A DNA stretch of 64,000 nt from Pseudomonadota bacterium (GCA_046046915.1 JBJOIT010000007.1:2214-66213), one strand, 5' to 3'; counted from the first letter of the stretch, positions 26,042-35,059 are shown. A program made the numbers and translations. Notes: generated from the sequence alone by a model not told the origin.

Positions 26042-27172
26042 TTACACCAGCGCCCGCTGAATGATGATTTTCTGCACGTCGCTGGTGCCTTCGTAGATCT
26101 GGCACACCCGCACATCGCGGTAGATGCGCTCTACCGGAAAGTCGCTCACATAGCCGTAGCCACCCAGAGTCTGGATGGCGGCACTGCAGACTTCTTCGGC
26201 CACTTCGCTGGCAAAGAGTTTGGCCATGGCGGCTTCTTTCAGGCAGGGCCTGCCCGCATCACGCAAGGCGGCGGCGTGCCAGATCAACTGGCGTGCAGCC
26301 TCCAGACGGGTAGCGGCATCGGCCAGCCGGAAGCCCACGGCCTGGTGGTTGATGATGGCGGTGCCAAAACTGGTGCGGTCTTTGGCGTAGGCGATGGCGG
26401 CCTCCAACGCACTGCGGGCCATGCCCACGCTCTGGGCACCTATGCCGATGCGGCCACCCTCCAGCGCACTCAGCGCGATTTTGTAGCCCTCACCTTCGGC
26501 GCCAATGCGGTTCTCGACCGGAACCCGGCAGTCATCAAAGTTGATCTGGGCGGTGTCGCTGCTGTGTTGGCCCAGCTTGTCTTCCAGGCGCGCCACGACG
26601 TAGCCGGGCGTGCTGGTGGGCACGATGAAGGCGCTCATGCCTTTTTTGCCGGCGCCCTTGTCTGTGACTGCAACGACAATGGCCACCTGCCCGTTTTTGC
26701 CACTGGTGATGAACTGCTTGACGCCATTGATGACGTAAGCATCGCCCTCTTTGACGGCCGTGGTGCGCAAGGCCGAGGCATCGCTGCCCACATGTGGCTC
26801 GGTGAGGCAAAAGGCGCCCAACATCTTGCCCTGCGCCAGCGGCGCCAACCACTGCAGCTTTTGCGCCTCGCTTCCGTAACGCATGAGGATGGCGTTGACC
26901 GGGCAGTTGGTCACCGAGATGGCTGTGCTGGTGCCGCCGTCACCCGCGGCAATTTCTTCAAGCACTAGCGCGAGCGTGAGGTAGTCGAGGTTGGCACCGC
27001 CGTATTGCTCGGGCACGCAAATGCCGTAGGCCCCCAGCGCCGCCAGGCCCTGGTGCACATCCTTGGGAAAGTGGTGCTCTTTGTCCCAGCGGGCGGCGTG
27101 GGGCCACAGCTGCTCCTGGGCAAAGTCACGTACCGCGTCGCGGATCATTTCCTGGTCTTGGGTCAGCAGCAT
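26042..27172 (-). CDS. Acyl-CoA dehydrogenase (short/branched-chain type)
   Basis: Typical ACAD blocks: MLLTQDQEMIRD, CLTEPHVGSDA, QFITSG, YEGTSDVQKIII. ATG 27172 with an AAGG RBS is preferred over the TTG at 27199. Confidence 0.88.
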   Translation of the reverse strand: MLLTQDQEMIRDAVRDFAQEQLWPHAARWDKEHHFPKDVHQGLAALGAYGICVPEQYGGANLDYLTLALVLEEIAAGDGGTSTAISVTNCPVNAILMRYGSEAQKLQWLAPLAQGKMLGAFCLTEPHVGSDASALRTTAVKEGDAYVINGVKQFITSGKNGQVAIVVAVTDKGAGKKGMSAFIVPTSTPGYVVARLEDKLGQHSSDTAQINFDDCRVPVENRIGAEGEGYKIALSALEGGRIGIGAQSVGMARSALEAAIAYAKDRTSFGTAIINHQAVGFRLADAATRLEAARQLIWHAAALRDAGRPCLKEAAMAKLFASEVAEEVCSAAIQTLGGYGYVSDFPVERIYRDVRVCQIYEGTSDVQKIIIQRALV

Positions 27173-27204
27173 GGCGGCGCCTTGAAGGTTAGGATGCAAA
27201 TGAA

Positions 27205-28386
27205 TTAGATGATTTCAAGCGCGACGGCGGTGGCCTCACCACCGCCGATGCACAGTGTGGCCAGGCCCTTGCTCAGGCCACGCGCTTTCAGTGCGTGGAT
27301 GAGGGTGACCATGATCCGCGCGCCAGATGCGCCGATGGGGTGGCCCAGCGCGCAGGCGCCACCATTGACATTGACCTTGTCATGCGGCACGCCCATGTCC
27401 TTCATAAGGGCCATGGGCACCACGGCAAAGGCTTCGTTGATTTCCCACAGGTCGACATCGCCCACCTGCCAGCCGGCCTTGGCCAACGCTTTTTGCGCAG
27501 CGCCCACCGGGGCCGTGGCAAACCATTCAGGTTCTTGCGCATGGGTGGCGTGACTGACGATGCGCGCCAGCGGCTTGCAGCCGAGCTTGGCGGCAGTCGA
27601 GGCCTTCATCAGCACCATGGCGGCTGCACCGTCGTTGATGCTGGAGCTGCTGGCCGCCGTGATGGTGCCGTCTTTCTTGAAAGCGGGCTTGAGCGAGGGA
27701 ATCTTGTCCAGCTTGATCTTGCCAGGGCCTTCGTCGATGCTGACCTGCACCTCGCCGGCACGGGTCTTGACCTTGACGGGGGTGATTTCTGCCGCAAAGC
27801 CACCGTTGGCCGTGGCAGCCTGGGCGCGCTGTACGCTGGCCGTGGCAAAGGCGTCTTGCTCGGCGCGGCTAAAGCTGTATTTGGCAGCGCAGTCTTCGCC
27901 AAACGTCCCCATGCTGCGGCCGGGCTCGTAAGCGTCTTCCAGGCCGTCCAGCATCATGTGGTCAAAGATGCGGTCGTGGCCGATACGGTAACCGGCGCGC
28001 GCCTTGGGCAGCAGATAGGGCGCGTTGGTCATGCTTTCCATGCCACCGGCCACCAGCACCTCGTGGCTGCCGGCCAGCAGCATGTCGTGGGCAAACATGG
28101 CGGCACGCATGCCCGAGCCACACATCTTGCTCAGGGTCACCGCGCCGGCACTCTTGGGCAGGCCGCCCTTGAAAGCCGCCTGCCGGGCCGGCGCCTGGCC
28201 CTGGCCCGCCATCAGGCAATTGCCAAACAGCACTTCAGTAACCAACTCGGGCGCAATGCCTGCGCGCTGCACTGCGGCCGCAATGGCCGCGCCGCCCAGG
28301 TCATGCGCAGCCAGGCTGGCAAAGTCGCTCTGAAAACTGCCCATGGGGGTGCGGGCAGCGCTGACGATGACAACGGGATCGTTCAT
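27205..28386 (-). CDS. Acetyl-CoA C-acetyltransferase (thiolase II)
   Basis: VIVSAARTPMG, the active-site block LSKMCGSGMRA, NVNGGACALGHPIGASGAR, and CIGGGEA. Confidence 0.92.
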   Translation of the reverse strand: MNDPVVIVSAARTPMGSFQSDFASLAAHDLGGAAIAAAVQRAGIAPELVTEVLFGNCLMAGQGQAPARQAAFKGGLPKSAGAVTLSKMCGSGMRAAMFAHDMLLAGSHEVLVAGGMESMTNAPYLLPKARAGYRIGHDRIFDHMMLDGLEDAYEPGRSMGTFGEDCAAKYSFSRAEQDAFATASVQRAQAATANGGFAAEITPVKVKTRAGEVQVSIDEGPGKIKLDKIPSLKPAFKKDGTITAASSSSINDGAAAMVLMKASTAAKLGCKPLARIVSHATHAQEPEWFATAPVGAAQKALAKAGWQVGDVDLWEINEAFAVVPMALMKDMGVPHDKVNVNGGACALGHPIGASGARIMVTLIHALKARGLSKGLATLCIGGGEATAVALEII

Positions 28387-28464
28387 GAAAAGCTCCTGAA
28401 ATAAAAGAATAAGGGCTGGTCAATGTGCAGTAACGCGTGGTCCGTCGCCATGTTCAAGCTCAAC

Positions 28465-29124
28465 TCAAGCAAGCACACCGCGGGGATAGCGCCTGAAGGC
28501 GCGACGAAACACAGGCACCACCTCCTGCGGGGTGCTCATGCTCACCCCCAGGTCTTGCACCAAACCGTCTTTAAGGCCATAGCACCAGCCGTGGACCGAG
28601 ACCTTCTGGCCACGGCTCCAGGCGTCTTGCATCACGTTGGACAGCGCCACATTGCCGACCTGCTCGATCACGTTCATTTCGCACAGCACATCTTCCTGCA
28701 CCTCTACGGGCAGGTGATCCAGCCGCTGGCGGTGGCGCAGTTTCACGTCATGCACATGGCGCAGCCAGTTATCGGCCAGGCCCACGCGGGTGCCGCGTAA
28801 GGTCGCCAGCACACCGCCACAACCATAGTGGCCCACCACCATGATGTGCTCGACCTTGAGATGGTCCACCGCAAACTGGATAACCGACAAAGCGTTCAGG
28901 TCGGAGTGCACCACCACATTGGCCACATTGCGATGCACAAAGACTTCGCCAGGGTCCAGGCCTGTGATTTCGTTGGCCGGCACGCGGCTGTCCGAGCAGC
29001 CTATCCACAGGTATTTGGGGGTTTGCTGATGCGCCAGCTGGCTGAAAAAACCTGGCCGCTGCTGCTCCATGCGGGCAGCCCAGGCGCGGTTGTTGTCGAT
29101 AAGGTTTTGTAGGCTTGTAGTCAT
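28465..29124 (-). CDS. can: Beta-class carbonic anhydrase
   Basis: LWIGCSDSRVPANE and VVGHYGCGGV (Zn ligands Cys/His/Cys). 219 aa. Confidence 0.9.
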   Translation of the reverse strand: MTTSLQNLIDNNRAWAARMEQQRPGFFSQLAHQQTPKYLWIGCSDSRVPANEITGLDPGEVFVHRNVANVVVHSDLNALSVIQFAVDHLKVEHIMVVGHYGCGGVLATLRGTRVGLADNWLRHVHDVKLRHRQRLDHLPVEVQEDVLCEMNVIEQVGNVALSNVMQDAWSRGQKVSVHGWCYGLKDGLVQDLGVSMSTPQEVVPVFRRAFRRYPRGVLA

Positions 29125-29203
29125 GCGCTGAATTATCCCGGGGCACCATGGCAGCGATGTGTCATGCGGCCATCAAGGCACATTGCAAATGGGGTGTGCC
29201 GGC

Positions 29204-30385
29204 TTACATCGTCTCGGCAAACAACTCACGGCCAATCAGCATGCGTCGGATTTCGCTGGTGCCCGCGCCTATCTCGTACAGCTTGGCATCACGCCACAGC
29301 CGGCCCAGCGGGTAGTCGTTGATGTAACCGTTACCGCCAAAAATCTGCACGCCGTCACCCGCCATTTTGGTGGCCTGCTCGGCGCACCACAGAATCACGC
29401 TGGCGCAGTCCTTGCGGACTTGGCGCACATGCTCCACGCCCAGCAAATCGAGGTTTTTTGCCACGGTGTAGGCAAATGAGCGGCCGGCCTGTAGCAAGGT
29501 ATACATGTCGGCGACCTTGCCCTGGATGAGCTGGAACTCGCCGATGCTTTGGCCAAACTGCTTGCGGTCGTGGATGTAGGGCACCACGTTGTCCATGACC
29601 GCCTGCATGATGCCCAGCGGTCCGCCGGTGAGCACCGCGCGCTCGTAGTCGAGCCCGCTCATCAGCACTTTGGCGCCCTGGTTGAGGCCACCCAAAATGT
29701 TGGCCTCAGGCACCTCCACGTTGTTGAACACCAGCTCGCCGGTGTGGCTGCCACGCATGCCAAGCTTGTCCAGCTTTTGCGCCACGCCAAAGCCCTTCAT
29801 GCCTTTTTCGATCAGGAAGGCCGTCACACCCCGGGCATTCAGCTCGGGTTCGGTCTTGGCGTAGACCACCAGGGTGTCCGCGTCCGGCCCGTTGGTGATC
29901 CACATCTTGCTGCCGTTGAGCAGGTAGTAACCGCCCTTGTCCTCGGCCTTGAGCTTCATGCTGATGACGTCGCTGCCCGCGCCAGGTTCACTCATGGCCA
30001 GGGCACCCACATGCTCGCCGCTGATGAGTTTGGGCAGATATTTGGCGCGCTGGGCCTCGCTGCCGTTGCGCTTGATTTGGTTGACGCACAAATTGCTGTG
30101 CGCCCCGTAGCTCAGGCCCACGGAGGCCGACGCACGGGAGATTTCTTCCATGGCGATCATGTGTGCCAGGTAACCCATGTTGGCGCCGCCGTACTCCTCA
30201 CCCACGGTGATGCCCAGAACGCCCAAATCACCCATCTTGCGCCACAGGTCCATAGGGAACTGGTCATTGCGATCGATCTCGGCCGCGCGGGGCGCGATTT
30301 CGGTCTGTGCAAAGTCGTGCACCGCCTCACGCAGTGCATCGATGTCTTCGCCAAGCTGGAAGTTCAGGCCAGGAAGGTGGGTCAT
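29204..30385 (-). CDS. liuA: Isovaleryl-CoA dehydrogenase
   Basis: 393 aa. [29 protein letters not shown], and [20 protein letters not shown] are typical of IVD. Lies in an operon with liuR. Confidence 0.92.
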   Translation of the reverse strand: MTHLPGLNFQLGEDIDALREAVHDFAQTEIAPRAAEIDRNDQFPMDLWRKMGDLGVLGITVGEEYGGANMGYLAHMIAMEEISRASASVGLSYGAHSNLCVNQIKRNGSEAQRAKYLPKLISGEHVGALAMSEPGAGSDVISMKLKAEDKGGYYLLNGSKMWITNGPDADTLVVYAKTEPELNARGVTAFLIEKGMKGFGVAQKLDKLGMRGSHTGELVFNNVEVPEANILGGLNQGAKVLMSGLDYERAVLTGGPLGIMQAVMDNVVPYIHDRKQFGQSIGEFQLIQGKVADMYTLLQAGRSFAYTVAKNLDLLGVEHVRQVRKDCASVILWCAEQATKMAGDGVQIFGGNGYINDYPLGRLWRDAKLYEIGAGTSEIRRMLIGRELFAETM

Positions 30386-30431
30386 ACCGGTCTCCTTGAG
30401 AGGGTTGGGGTGTAGATGGTGTTGACTGGAA

Positions 30432-30857
30432 TCAGTAGGTTTTGGGCACTGGCGCCAGGGTTTGCTGCATCAGCGCACAGGTGGTGGTCTTGCCACCTGC
30501 ATCCACATGCAGCACCTCGGCGGTGGTCACGATGACGCGTTTGCCACCTTTCACCACGCGCCCCACGGCACGCAGCTCGCCGCCCTGAAAGCTGGCCAGA
30601 AAATTGATCTTGTATTCGACCGTGACCACCTCCATGCCCTCAGGGGCCACAGTCAAACCGGCATAGCCAGCGGCAATGTCGGCCACTGCGCCGATCGCGC
30701 CGCCATGAAAGCCGCCTTGCTGCTGGGTCACCTTGTCGGAATAAGGCAACACAATCTCGACCAGGCCGGGCTCGACACGCGCCACCGACGCACCCAAGTG
30801 CTGCATCATGCCCTGACGGGCAAAACTGTCGCTGACCCGATCCATGAGATAGCTCAT
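30432..30857 (-). CDS. PaaI-family hotdog-fold thioesterase
   Basis: 141 aa. [17 protein letters not shown] is the PaaI/4HBT class II motif. The start overlaps the liuR stop (ATGA). Confidence 0.82.
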   Translation of the reverse strand: MSYLMDRVSDSFARQGMMQHLGASVARVEPGLVEIVLPYSDKVTQQQGGFHGGAIGAVADIAAGYAGLTVAPEGMEVVTVEYKINFLASFQGGELRAVGRVVKGGKRVIVTTAEVLHVDAGGKTTTCALMQQTLAPVPKTY

Positions 30858-31297
30858 GCTGTCGTTCCTTTAGGCTTCTCCGCCTTTGCGGCCTTTGAGG
30901 CCTTCGGTGCCTTCTCACTGTTCGCAAGCAAGGCCCGGGCTTCTTTTTCGTGCAACTTCAGATCATCGAGGTTGGCCTGCAGCTCGGCCATCTGGGCTTC
31001 CAGCACCGCACGGTGATCTGCCAGCACCGCCAGAAACTTTTGCATCTGTGCCACCGTGTCGCGGGGGCTGTCGTACATGTCGATGATGCTTTTGGCTTCG
31101 ACCAAGGACAGTCCCAAACGCTTGGCACGCAGGGTGAGCTTTAGGCGGGTTCTGTCGCGCGTGGAGTACACCCGGTTACGGCCGCCGGGACCGGATCGCT
31201 CGGGCTGCAGCAGACCCATGTCCTCATAAAAACGCATGGCGCGAGTGGTGAGGTCAAACTCCTGCGCCAGGTCGCTGATGGTGTAAGTCGGGGTCAT
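30854..31297 (-). CDS. liuR: MerR-family transcriptional regulator LiuR
   Basis: N-terminal HTH block YTISDLAQEFDLTTRAMRFYEDMGLL...R.Y, then a coiled-coil dimerisation helix. It is the first gene of the liuA operon, and a palindromic operator lies 68 nt upstream. The C-terminal tail is unusually Lys/Ala-rich. Confidence 0.88.
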   Translation of the reverse strand: MTPTYTISDLAQEFDLTTRAMRFYEDMGLLQPERSGPGGRNRVYSTRDRTRLKLTLRAKRLGLSLVEAKSIIDMYDSPRDTVAQMQKFLAVLADHRAVLEAQMAELQANLDDLKLHEKEARALLANSEKAPKASKAAKAEKPKGTTA

Positions 31298-31365
31298 ATC
31301 AGGGTCAGGGCAAGGTCATCACAGGAATGGGAAGATCGAGGCAGCCGGCCTACAATGGCCCGAAC

Positions 31366-31387
31366 TTGACGTTTACGTAAACGTCAA
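31366..31387. promoter_or_regulatory. Putative LiuR operator, second copy (TTGACGTTTACGTAAACGTCAA) in the liuR / MBL-hydrolase divergent region
   Basis: Exact copy of the 22-bp core at 15978-15999. On the plus strand, TTGACG (31366-31371) plus a 17-nt spacer plus TATCAA (31389-31394) form a sigma-70-like promoter facing the MBL gene. Confidence 0.75.
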
Positions 31388-31409
31388 TTATCAATCATAA
31401 GCCCAAGCG

Positions 31410-32525
31410 ATGAACGACTTAGAACAGCAGCTCGACTACCCCATGGGCGACCAACTCCCCGAGCCCGGTGGCACCTTGCCCATTGAGCCTGGCCTGCCGG
31501 GCAGCGCGGATTCCGGCATACGCTGGATCCGCATGGCCCTGCCCTTTGCCTTGAACCACATCAACCTGTGGCTGCTGCGCGATGAGATGGATCACCCCAG
31601 CGGGGATGGTCGCAAGGTGCAGGGCTGGACGGTGGTGGACTGTTGCATTGCCCGCGAGGAAGCCAAGGCCCAGTGGGAACAGATCTTTGCGAAAGAGCTG
31701 GACGGCCTGCCCATCCTGCGTGTCATCGTGACCCACATGCACCCGGACCACATCGGGCTGGCGCATTGGCTGTGCGAGCGCTGGCAGGCGCCCCTGTGGA
31801 TCAGTGCCACCGACTACACCATGGCGCGCATCGGTGCCGACGGCATCACCGGCTTTGGCAATGGTGCCGCAGCGTTCTTTGCCGCGCATGGCCTCACCGA
31901 CCCGGCATCCATCGAAAAAATTGGTGCCCGCTCCAACTACTACGGCACGCTCGTGCCAGCGGTGCCGCAAAAGTTCAAGCGCATGCAAGACGGCGATGTG
32001 ATCCGCATCGGCGGACGCGGCTGGCGCTGCATCAGCGGCTACGGCCATGCACCCGAGCACATTGCCCTGTACTGTGACGAGCTGCGCGTGCTGATCGGCG
32101 GTGACATGATGCTGCCACGCATTTCCACCAACGTGAGCGTGTACGACATGGAGCCCGAGGCCAACGCCCTGCAGCAGTTTCTGGATTCCATCGACAAATT
32201 CCTGACCCTGCCCGCCGACACCCTGGGACTACCGGCGCACGGCAAGCCGTTTCGGGGCATCCACACCCGGGTGCAACAGCTGCACGATCACCACCGCGAA
32301 CGCCTTGAAGAAGTCATGCAGGCCTGCAGCCAGGCACCGTGCACCGCAGCAGAAGTGATGCCCATCCTGTTCAAGCGCCCGCTCGATCTGCACCAAACCA
32401 CTTTTGCCATGGGCGAATGCGTTGCCCACCTGCACGCCCTGTGGTTTGCCGGCAAGCTGCACCGCACACTGGGCGGCGATGGGGTTTACCGGTTCAGCGT
32501 TGAGCAGACATTAGCCCAGGCCTGA
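31410..32525 (+). CDS. MBL-fold metallo-hydrolase
   Basis: THMHPDHIGLAHW (the HxHxDH motif) and the later GHAPEH. 371 aa. The start is uncertain; an alternative in-frame ATG is at 31443. Confidence 0.85.
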   Translation: MNDLEQQLDYPMGDQLPEPGGTLPIEPGLPGSADSGIRWIRMALPFALNHINLWLLRDEMDHPSGDGRKVQGWTVVDCCIAREEAKAQWEQIFAKELDGLPILRVIVTHMHPDHIGLAHWLCERWQAPLWISATDYTMARIGADGITGFGNGAAAFFAAHGLTDPASIEKIGARSNYYGTLVPAVPQKFKRMQDGDVIRIGGRGWRCISGYGHAPEHIALYCDELRVLIGGDMMLPRISTNVSVYDMEPEANALQQFLDSIDKFLTLPADTLGLPAHGKPFRGIHTRVQQLHDHHRERLEEVMQACSQAPCTAAEVMPILFKRPLDLHQTTFAMGECVAHLHALWFAGKLHRTLGGDGVYRFSVEQTLAQA

Positions 32526-32978
32526 CCGCAGCGCAAACCAGGCTGCCACGCCAAAGCCGGCGTTGTAGATGCTGTGCAGCATGGCAGCCGGCCAAGTGCT
32601 GTCCAGCCGATCCCGCAAGTAGCCCAACACCAAGGATGGCAAAGCCACTGCCAGGGCCCAGGCAAGCGGCTGATGGAACAGGTGGGCGATCACAAAGCAC
32701 ACCGTGGTCACCACATTGGCAGGGCTGATCCCGGCGACCGCCCACGCGCCCAGGCGCCGGGACAGTTCGCCCTGCAAAAGACCGCGAAACACCCACTCTT
32801 CCAGCAGCGGTTGCCACAAGACAAAGGCCACCCAGGCCGGCATGCCTAAAGGCAAGTAAACCTTACCAGCCCCGCCCCAGCCCACCAGCAGCCAAAAGGG
32901 CACAGCACCCACCACTGCAATCAGAAAGTGCGCGTCTAGCCGCTGTATCCAGGCTGCTTGAAGACTGCGTGATTTCAT
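32511..32978 (-). CDS. CPBP-family (CAAX protease/Abi) glutamic-type intramembrane protease, minimal form; candidate sorting enzyme
   Basis: All three CPBP motifs are present in predicted TM helices: LLEEWVFRGLL (EExxxR), FVIAHLF (FxxxH) and LHSIYNAGF (HxxxN). About 5 TM segments. The start is taken at ATG 32978 (alternative ATG 33023; ORF-caller TTG 33029). Divergent from two genes that encode a shared C-terminal tail. Confidence 0.85.
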   Translation of the reverse strand: MKSRSLQAAWIQRLDAHFLIAVVGAVPFWLLVGWGGAGKVYLPLGMPAWVAFVLWQPLLEEWVFRGLLQGELSRRLGAWAVAGISPANVVTTVCFVIAHLFHQPLAWALAVALPSLVLGYLRDRLDSTWPAAMLHSIYNAGFGVAAWFALRSGLG

Positions 32979-33082
32979 GGTCCCTGCATCTTGCAGGCTC
33001 CTTAGTCTGACGGCCTTGCGCATGCGCAAGGGCGCCTAGCGCGCTGCCCTTTGTAATTGGCTCAAGACCAAAGGGAGTGCGC

Positions 33083-35059
33083 ATGAAAGACGTGAATCGC
33101 TTGAAGTTGAAGGTGGCTTTGCTGGGCGCCTGCGCACTCATCGTGTCGGCGTATGCGGCCACACGCCTGGCCGTGGGGCCGGCCCTCACTGTGAGTCAGA
33201 GCACGCAAACCACCAGCAAGGCCCGCGTGGCGCACCTGGCTTATCAAGATGGTCAGGCGTTTCGCAAAGCCATGGTGGTGACCTACCTGGAGGGGGCCGC
33301 AGGCTTGGCCAACGTGTACGCCCGCACCTCGCTGGATAACGGTTTATCCTGGTCTGCACCGGTGCTGCTCTCGCGCGACGGCGCCGGCGCCCCCACAGGC
33401 GGACAAAGCGTGCAACCACTGGACGGCCGTACGCTCGTGGCCACCAACAACAAGGCCAGCCTGGTCGCCCCACCCACCACCAGCGGCCCCAAGTTGCTCA
33501 TCTCCTGGACCAGCAGCTACTGCCCGCAGGACCCGGGGGCGCAGACCGCAGGTACCTACGCCAGCAGCGTGCAGGGAAGCACCGATCACCCCTACTTCTG
33601 TGTGTGGGCCGCCAGCACCACGGACCCCGCCTTGCAGCAATGGCAGGTACAGCAAGTCACCCTAGGCGAGCGCGACGCCATCAACGATGTGGTGGTCGCC
33701 AACAATACCGGGACAGCGTACGCCGTGGCCTGGCAGGAAGACCCTGCCGGCCTACAAGCGGGCGAGGCGGAAGGCCCCGGAGACGGGGGTAGCGGCGCCA
33801 ATGTCAGCGGCGGCACCAACATTTGGTACAGCCACGCCACGGCGCCCGACCCGGCGGCTTTGCGCCAGAACTCTCAGCCCATCAGCGACAACCACACCGT
33901 CGGCACTGGCCAGCCCGGGGCGTCACGCCCCAGCCTGCAAATATCGGGGAACACCGTGGCGCTGGCCTATGAAGAAAGCGCCTGCCCGGGCGCCAACAAG
34001 GGCAAATGCGTGGTCTATCACAGCTTTGCCCACGCCAAGCCGGACGTGGATGCCCCCGGCACCGTGGTGAGTGATGTCAGCCGGCACGCCCGGCGTGCGC
34101 GTCTGGTGCTGCAAGGAGCGACAGCTGCGGGGAGCGCACAGCTACGCACCGTGCTGCTGTGGCGCGAATCGGCCCAGGCCACACCCGGTGCACCTGCCGA
34201 CGTGGTGATGCGACGTGGCTTGGCCCAAGCGGAGCCTCGCCCAGGCTCCACCGGCTTTCTAGCTACTGACCTGCTGGCCGACACACCACAGACCCTGACT
34301 CAACTGGCCGATGGCGGTGGCAATGCCAACGCGCATCGGGCCGTGCTGAGGGGAGCATTTATAGGTCTGGCCTATGACCAAACCTCCAATATGGATGCGG
34401 CCAACCCGGACAAGACCGCCACGCCCAGTGCCTATTACGAACTGATGTTTGCGCGCTCGGTTGCAGAAGGTTCGCCGGGCAGCTGGAGCACGCCGCGCCA
34501 GCTGTCCAGCGCGGGGCTGGCATCGGTCAACGTGGAAGAGCCTCGCCTGGTGGCCACGCCCGGCACGGTGATCAACCCTCTCACGGGTCAGGCCGATGCG
34601 GGTGACACCCAGGACCCGCAGGTCCTGTATGTGGCCTATGCCACGGCCACCAATGAAGTGGCTGCGCGTGCTCAGCGCATGTGGGTTGCCCGCTCCACTG
34701 ACCAAGGGCAGAGCTTCGAGGCTTTCAGCCCCGTCTCAGAACTGGCAGCAGGTCAGTCAGAGGCGCAACTCAGACCCTCGCCCGACGGCCGCTCAGCCAG
34801 CGTACTGTGGCTGCAAGAACGTGCTCCAGACACCTCCACACCTGTCACCAACACCACTACGAGTACCACGACAAGTACCGATGTACTCCTGGCCACGGCC
34901 ACACCCGTTGAGGTCAGCGAAAGCGTCATCACAACCAGCGCCTCCACCGGAGGTGGATGCACGGTCCGGCCCAACGCGGCCTTCGACCCGGCGCTGATCG
35001 GGCTACTGGCCTTGGCCCTGCTGGTTCTATGGCGCCGCCGGCCGCGTTCAGGCCAATGA
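33083..35059 (+). CDS. Secreted BNR/Asp-box repeat (sialidase-like beta-propeller) protein with Thr-rich stalk and GGGC-TM-RRR C-terminal sorting tail
   Basis: AGGGAG RBS 5 nt before ATG 33083. Signal peptide MKDVNRLKLKVALLGACALIVSAYA. Asp-box motifs SLDNGLSWS and STDQGQSF. Thr/Ser-rich linker TSTPVTNTTTSTTTSTD. The tail is STGGGCTVRPNAAFDPALIGLLALALLVLWRRRPRSGQ. Confidence 0.85.
   Translation: MKDVNRLKLKVALLGACALIVSAYAATRLAVGPALTVSQSTQTTSKARVAHLAYQDGQAFRKAMVVTYLEGAAGLANVYARTSLDNGLSWSAPVLLSRDGAGAPTGGQSVQPLDGRTLVATNNKASLVAPPTTSGPKLLISWTSSYCPQDPGAQTAGTYASSVQGSTDHPYFCVWAASTTDPALQQWQVQQVTLGERDAINDVVVANNTGTAYAVAWQEDPAGLQAGEAEGPGDGGSGANVSGGTNIWYSHATAPDPAALRQNSQPISDNHTVGTGQPGASRPSLQISGNTVALAYEESACPGANKGKCVVYHSFAHAKPDVDAPGTVVSDVSRHARRARLVLQGATAAGSAQLRTVLLWRESAQATPGAPADVVMRRGLAQAEPRPGSTGFLATDLLADTPQTLTQLADGGGNANAHRAVLRGAFIGLAYDQTSNMDAANPDKTATPSAYYELMFARSVAEGSPGSWSTPRQLSSAGLASVNVEEPRLVATPGTVINPLTGQADAGDTQDPQVLYVAYATATNEVAARAQRMWVARSTDQGQSFEAFSPVSELAAGQSEAQLRPSPDGRSASVLWLQERAPDTSTPVTNTTTSTTTSTDVLLATATPVEVSESVITTSASTGGGCTVRPNAAFDPALIGLLALALLVLWRRRPRSGQ

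Noticed and set aside
29125-29203. Hairpin GGCACA-N12-TGTGCC after the liuA stop, as a possible internal terminator or attenuator before can.
   Set aside because: It has only a 6-bp stem with a 12-nt loop and no U-tract, which is too weak to call.
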